A DNA stretch of 64,000 nucleotides, taken from NCBI RefSeq assembly GCF_048593235.1, contig NC_133617.1:28481767-28545766 (forward strand), written 5' to 3'. The number at the start of each line of letters is the position of its first letter. The stretch's first letter is position 1. The notes beneath the pieces are model-generated. The model saw only the letters and a program-made list of their open reading frames with translations. It was not told the origin of the DNA and made no database searches. Position numbers and translations under genes: made by a program. Shown here one piece after another: positions 59,462 to 64,000 of this stretch. This DNA comes from Sminthopsis crassicaudata (taxonomy: Eukaryota).

Positions 59462-61478
59462 GTGAGAGAGCCGGCCTGGGAGCGGCAGCCAGTGGGGGGA
59501 TTAGAGGGGTACCTGGGGGGGATCCAAGCAGCCCGTGTCCAGCCACTCGGGGGGAAACTGAGGCAGGAGAGAAGTGATCCTAGTGACTGCTCTGTCAGCC
59601 ACCCATCCTACAGATGGGAAAACTGAGGGGAAATAGGAAATGAGTGGCCAGTGTCCCCCAGTAAGAACAGGGGCCCCAGGCCAACTCTTTCTTGGTCCTC
59701 TCTCCTCTCGTGCCTTGTGGGCAGCACCTCTGAGCCCCTGGGTACCTGCTGGTGTCCTGGCCCTTCTCCAGTCAGTGTCCAGAGGAGCGTGTCCTGGCGC
59801 CCTGCAGGCAGACTGCAGCTGGGAGCTGAATCCCATTGGTGAACAGGCATTTCCCCAGAAGCCCCATGTGAGCAGGGCCTCCCAAGGCCTCCCAAGGAGC
59901 CTCTGCTCCCACTGGAGCCCCCAGGAGTGGCAGCTCACTTTCTTATCCCAGCTGCTGGGCAGCCTTCTGGCTTCTGGGGTACCTCTGAGGCGTCCGTGGC
60001 AGCCCCTCACTTCTCCAGGCTCCCTGCAGTGTGCTATCTTCCTTCTGTGCCCATGCTGGCAAAGGGGAGCAAGGGGTCTCGGGGCACAGTGAGGCAGCAG
60101 GCAGTAGTCAGAGTGCCAGACCTGGAGTTGCCCTTTTACTGGCTCGGTGACCTCTTTCACTTCCCAGCCTCAGTTTCCACTCCTGTAAAGTGGGGATAAC
60201 ACCACGCCCTACCACCCAGCATGGCTGTGAGGCTCCTAGGAGACGCCTCTCCCTGTTTTGCTGCGCTCTGGATTTCTGGCCCTCTCCTGACTCATTCATC
60301 TCCTCCCCCAATATCTGCTCCCTCCATCTGTCCGGTCCCCTGCCTGCCTGGGTGTCCCAGGATGTGCTCCCAGGACCCCTTCTCCCCCTCTCGCCTCTCT
60401 TGGCCAGACCTCCCACGTGTGACCTTGTTTTGGTGTTGTCCCCCCTCCTCCCCACGTTTCTCCATCTCTGCCGCCCTGGCTTCCTTTCACACCTTCAGCT
60501 TCTGGTTTCTATTTTTACTTCCCAGCAGTGGCTTGTGGGGGGCTGCCTCTGGGGAGGGGGAGGGAAGTGTGACATGCAGCCTCTTACTACCCAGGGGTCA
60601 GCTCTGGGCGGCTCCCATCCCCCCACCAGGCTCCTTGTCTTGGAGCTGACAATGACCTGTTTGGTGTGCAAGATGGGAAGGCCGGGAGGAGAAGCCCCCC
60701 GGGGCAGGGAGCAGCCACATTCTCCATCCACCATTGGAATGGCCGGAGAGTGGTGGCAGGAGCCCCACAGGGAAAGCTGGGGGGATGTGCTGGATGCGAG
60801 GAGCTGTCCTTGGGGGACGGGAGACCCCTGCCTCTCTCTGCCGCAGTTTCTTCACTTAGAGCACGGCATCCCGCTGCCTACTTCTCTGAGGACTGCAGCC
60901 GGGTCCGAGTCCTACCTCAGCCTCTTACAGCTTGTGGCGCTTTCTCCGAGCCCATTTGCTCAGTGTTAAGTGAAGATAACAGCCATTACCCCCAAGGGGC
61001 TGAAGTTCAGTTATTATCATCGTTTTGATTGATCCACCACAGCTACGCCCCCTTAGCGCATCATCCTCCGCCTTTTGAGACATTGCCCATTTGGGGATCT
61101 ATGGCCTCAATGGGGGAAGGGAGGAGACAGAAGAGGTCCTTGGGATGGTCTGGGCTGCCCAGGGTCCTTTCCCGGGGTCTGCAGTTCAGTCTGTGCTGAA
61201 TTCTATAATGTCTGGGGGTCCTGGAAGACGGAGGAAGCTTTCCTCTTACAGATGAGGGAACTGAGGCACAGAGTGCCTGGGCAAGGGTCCCACAGCTGGT
61301 AAGTGCCTGAAGAACAGTTGGAAAGCAGATGACCCGCCGCAGCCAGGGAAGGGGCCAGATTGGAGACGCCAGAATGAAGGCCCTGATTGACATCCCCAGC
61401 TCTCTCTCCCCATCCAGGGCAGGTTACTTTATTTCTCAGGGCATCCCTGGTGACCTTCCCTCCCTTGTGTCCCCCCAG

Positions 61479-61729
61479 GGGCCTCGGCGGGCCGGACATC
61501 AGGGGCTGGCGGGACGTCAGGGGCCGGCGGACGCGTGCGCTCAGAGCTGAAGAACAAGCAGCAGATCCTGAAGCAGCGTCGCCGCGCAGAGAAGCAGCAT
61601 TTCCTGCAGCGAGGGGGTCTCAAGCAGCTGTCTGCCCGCAACCGACGCCGGGCCCAGGAGCTGCGGAAGAGCGCCTTCGGCAGGCGTGCTGGGGGTAACC
61701 GAAAGGGTAAAATGAGGAAGAAGATGTGA
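61479..61729 (+). CDS. DDX54: DDX54 exon 20, coding part (251 nt)
   Basis: [34 protein letters not shown]...KGKMRKKM*. Confidence 0.95.
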
Positions 61730-62159
61730 GATGCTTTTCCCCCAGCCACCTATCAGCGATGGTCTGGCTGAACTCCAGACTCCCATCTTCCCTTGGAGAT
61801 ATGTGTGGGCTGGTCACCTCCTCCCTTGGGAAGACAGAGCCCCATTGTCCAGAATCAGCAGTCTGGTGGTCCATCCCAAGGCTCCTACCTGAGAGCCATG
61901 GTGTCCTGAGGGACAAAGCTGGTTGAATGTGGGCCTGAAGCAGTTAACATGCTCTGCTTGCCCCTCCACCCTCCTCCCTTCTAAGAGGAGGAACCTGTTC
62001 TGCCAGGCTCTCCCGCTCCTTCCGCCTGGAGGGCTGGCACCAGGCACTCTGGGCCAGCCTTAATCTCGCCCTGCCCCCCAGAGAGGATGCTCCCCGAGAT
62101 GGGCGATGGGGTGGGGGCAAGGGGTCATCACCATCAGGCCTTACACATGGCAGGTGCTT

Positions 62160-62165
62160 AATAAA
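62160..62165 (+). terminator. DDX54: Candidate DDX54 polyadenylation signal AATAAA (ATTAAA also at 62197-62202)
   Basis: First AATAAA after the stop, inside an L2-like tail TGGCAGGTGCTTAATAAAT. Confidence 0.55.
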
Positions 62166-62399
62166 TCTCGAAATGGATTTGTTGGATTGTCATTGTATTA
62201 AAGGGGTTAATGTCCTGTCTCTGATTGAGACATGTACAAGTCTGTGTATAATCCTGGGCATCCGAGTGTGTGTTCAGCTCTATCAAGTTGGGCTGCTGGG
62301 GCTCCCTGCTAGACATGCATGCACACACAACACGCAGAGACAGATGTGAGCGTTCCAGGACGCAGGGGGCCAGACCTACCTCTTCCATCGGCAGCTTCC

Positions 62400-62483
62400 C
62401 TAGTGGTCAGCGGCAGAGGGCCCAGGCTCTCCCTGGTGAAGCTTGGCCAGCGTGGCAGAAAGGTCCTGGAAGAACTGCTGTAC
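62400..62483 (-). CDS. CFAP73: Cilia- and flagella-associated protein 73, last coding exon (84 nt)
   Basis: ctcccag|GTA; VQQFFQDLSATLAKLHQGEPGPSAADH*, similar to the recalled human C-terminus [20 protein letters not shown]; missed by the ORF track. Confidence 0.88.
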   Translation of the reverse strand, partial: VQQFFQDLSATLAKLHQGEPGPSAADH

Positions 62484-62909
62484 CTGGGAGCCCCCCACCA
62501 CAGTTGGAATCAGTCACGTGCTTCTGGACTCCCAGCAGCCATCATAGCAGGAGGCCGAGGGGCTCCCAGAAGCACCTGCCAGACTCACGAGCTACCCCTC
62601 TTGGCTCCATGCCTTCCCTGTCTGTACAATCACTTGTGTACACACTTTTGTGGGCTGTCTCCCATTAGACTGAGCTCCTTGAGGAGCTCCGAGAGAAGAG
62701 GGTTTCTTCCAGTGCCAAAAGAGGCAGATGGGTCTAGGAGGATGAGGAGGGAGGAAAAGGCCTTTAGATTGGGCAATTGGGATTGTTGCTAATATGGCAG
62801 AGAAGTCTCCTTTGAGAACATCTGCTTTAGACTTCATTTTACAGAGGAAAGAAAGTGACCTGTCCAATATGGAGAATAAGTTAGAGCCAAGTCCAGAACC
62901 CCCCTTTCA

Positions 62910-63311
<402 letters not shown>

Positions 63312-63861
63312 TCAGCTAGAGGGGACCATCTTGGACAAACCCCCAATCCCTCATCATCAGTCTTAGTCCTGAGCCGTGAATCACAAATTAAACCTTCAGC
63401 ATTTGCACTGTAGACTGAAGGAAGAAATCCAGGAGATTGGTCAACCTTAGTCACCTTTGACATCACCTTCCCACCAAGTCCCTGAATGTCACTCCATGAG
63501 AAGTATTTTCCTCTCCATTAGCTTTAATAAGAATCAGTCCATTTAGCCAAAAGGGAAGACTTGGGGGGCAATGTAGTTATTGTTAAAATAGCCAACCCTG
63601 GGTCCTAAAGACAAAGCAGTCCAATGGGTAGAAATCAGGGAAGTTCTTATTCAGTATAAAGAATTTCCTGATGAATCTTTTAACAATGGGATGAACTGAC
63701 TTACTAGGTTAGGAAGCTCCCCCATCAGTGGTAGTCAAAAAAAAAAAAAAAAAAAGCTGCAAGATAATTTGGAGAGAAATTCGGAGAGATTCCTAATTGC
63801 CATAGATTGGATTCTGAGGAAGGGAGAGCTGATAAGTTTTCAGGGTGAATGATAAATTGTA

Positions 63862-64000
63862 AAGGATATGAATAGACAATTTTCAGATGAAAAAATGAAA
63901 GTTGTTTATAGTCATATGAAAAAACACTCTAAATTACTATTGATTGGAGAAATGTAAATTAAAACAGCGCTGTGGTACTACCTTGCATTTATCAGATTAG
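63862..64000 (+). mobile_element. L1 ORF2 C-terminal fragment (inactivated)
   Basis: Translates as KDMNRQFSDEKMKVVYSHMKKHSKLLLIGEM*IKTALWYYL, like L1 ORF2p KDMNRHFSKED...REMQIKTTMRYHL, with an in-frame stop. Confidence 0.85.

Noticed and set aside
59501-60969. Long ORFs (219 aa minus, 259 aa plus) in DDX54 intron 19
   Set aside because: GC/pyrimidine-rich intron containing MIR fragments; Leu/Pro/Ser-rich noise
45694-61478. Intronic snoRNA or miRNA in DDX54 introns
   Set aside because: No properly spaced C/D box pair with a terminal stem, and no convincing hairpin seen by eye; an Infernal/Rfam search would be needed to exclude them formally

Overview
Eukaryotic, intron-rich DNA from a marsupial, most likely an Australian dasyurid. 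The basis for that call is WSINE1-like and Mar1-like SINEs, marsupial L1 3' ends and OC1-like hAT MITEs. The window covers a compact cluster of five genes on alternating strands, in the order I recall for human 12q24.13: TPCN1 (minus; 5' exons only, the rest lies left of the window), IQCD/DRC10 (plus; complete, 442 aa), RITA1 (minus; complete, 267 aa), DDX54 (plus; 20 coding exons, 864 aa, exon 1 less certain) and CFAP73 (minus; last two coding exons). Exons were called by reading splice sites and frame continuity, and by similarity to the human proteins as I remember them; no alignment or database search was run. There are two assembly gaps, both intronic. There is no CRISPR, rRNA or tRNA gene, and no snoRNA I can support. 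I found no new multi-gene system. The best leads are: (1) a densely overlapping, multi-frame CpG island between RITA1 and DDX54, with a codon-biased 88-aa antisense ORF and an Arg/Cys-rich frame that could splice in frame onto RITA1; (2) a TPCN1 leader exon carrying both a 33-aa uORF and an open frame resembling the human long-isoform extension; (3) a probable antisense overlap of the CFAP73 3' UTR with the last DDX54 exon; (4) a canonical U12 intron in DDX54; (5) an adjacent FOX+RFX ciliary module and a seven-fold CCAAT array in the TPCN1/IQCD bidirectional promoter; (6) OC1-like transposons, a family known for horizontal transfer.
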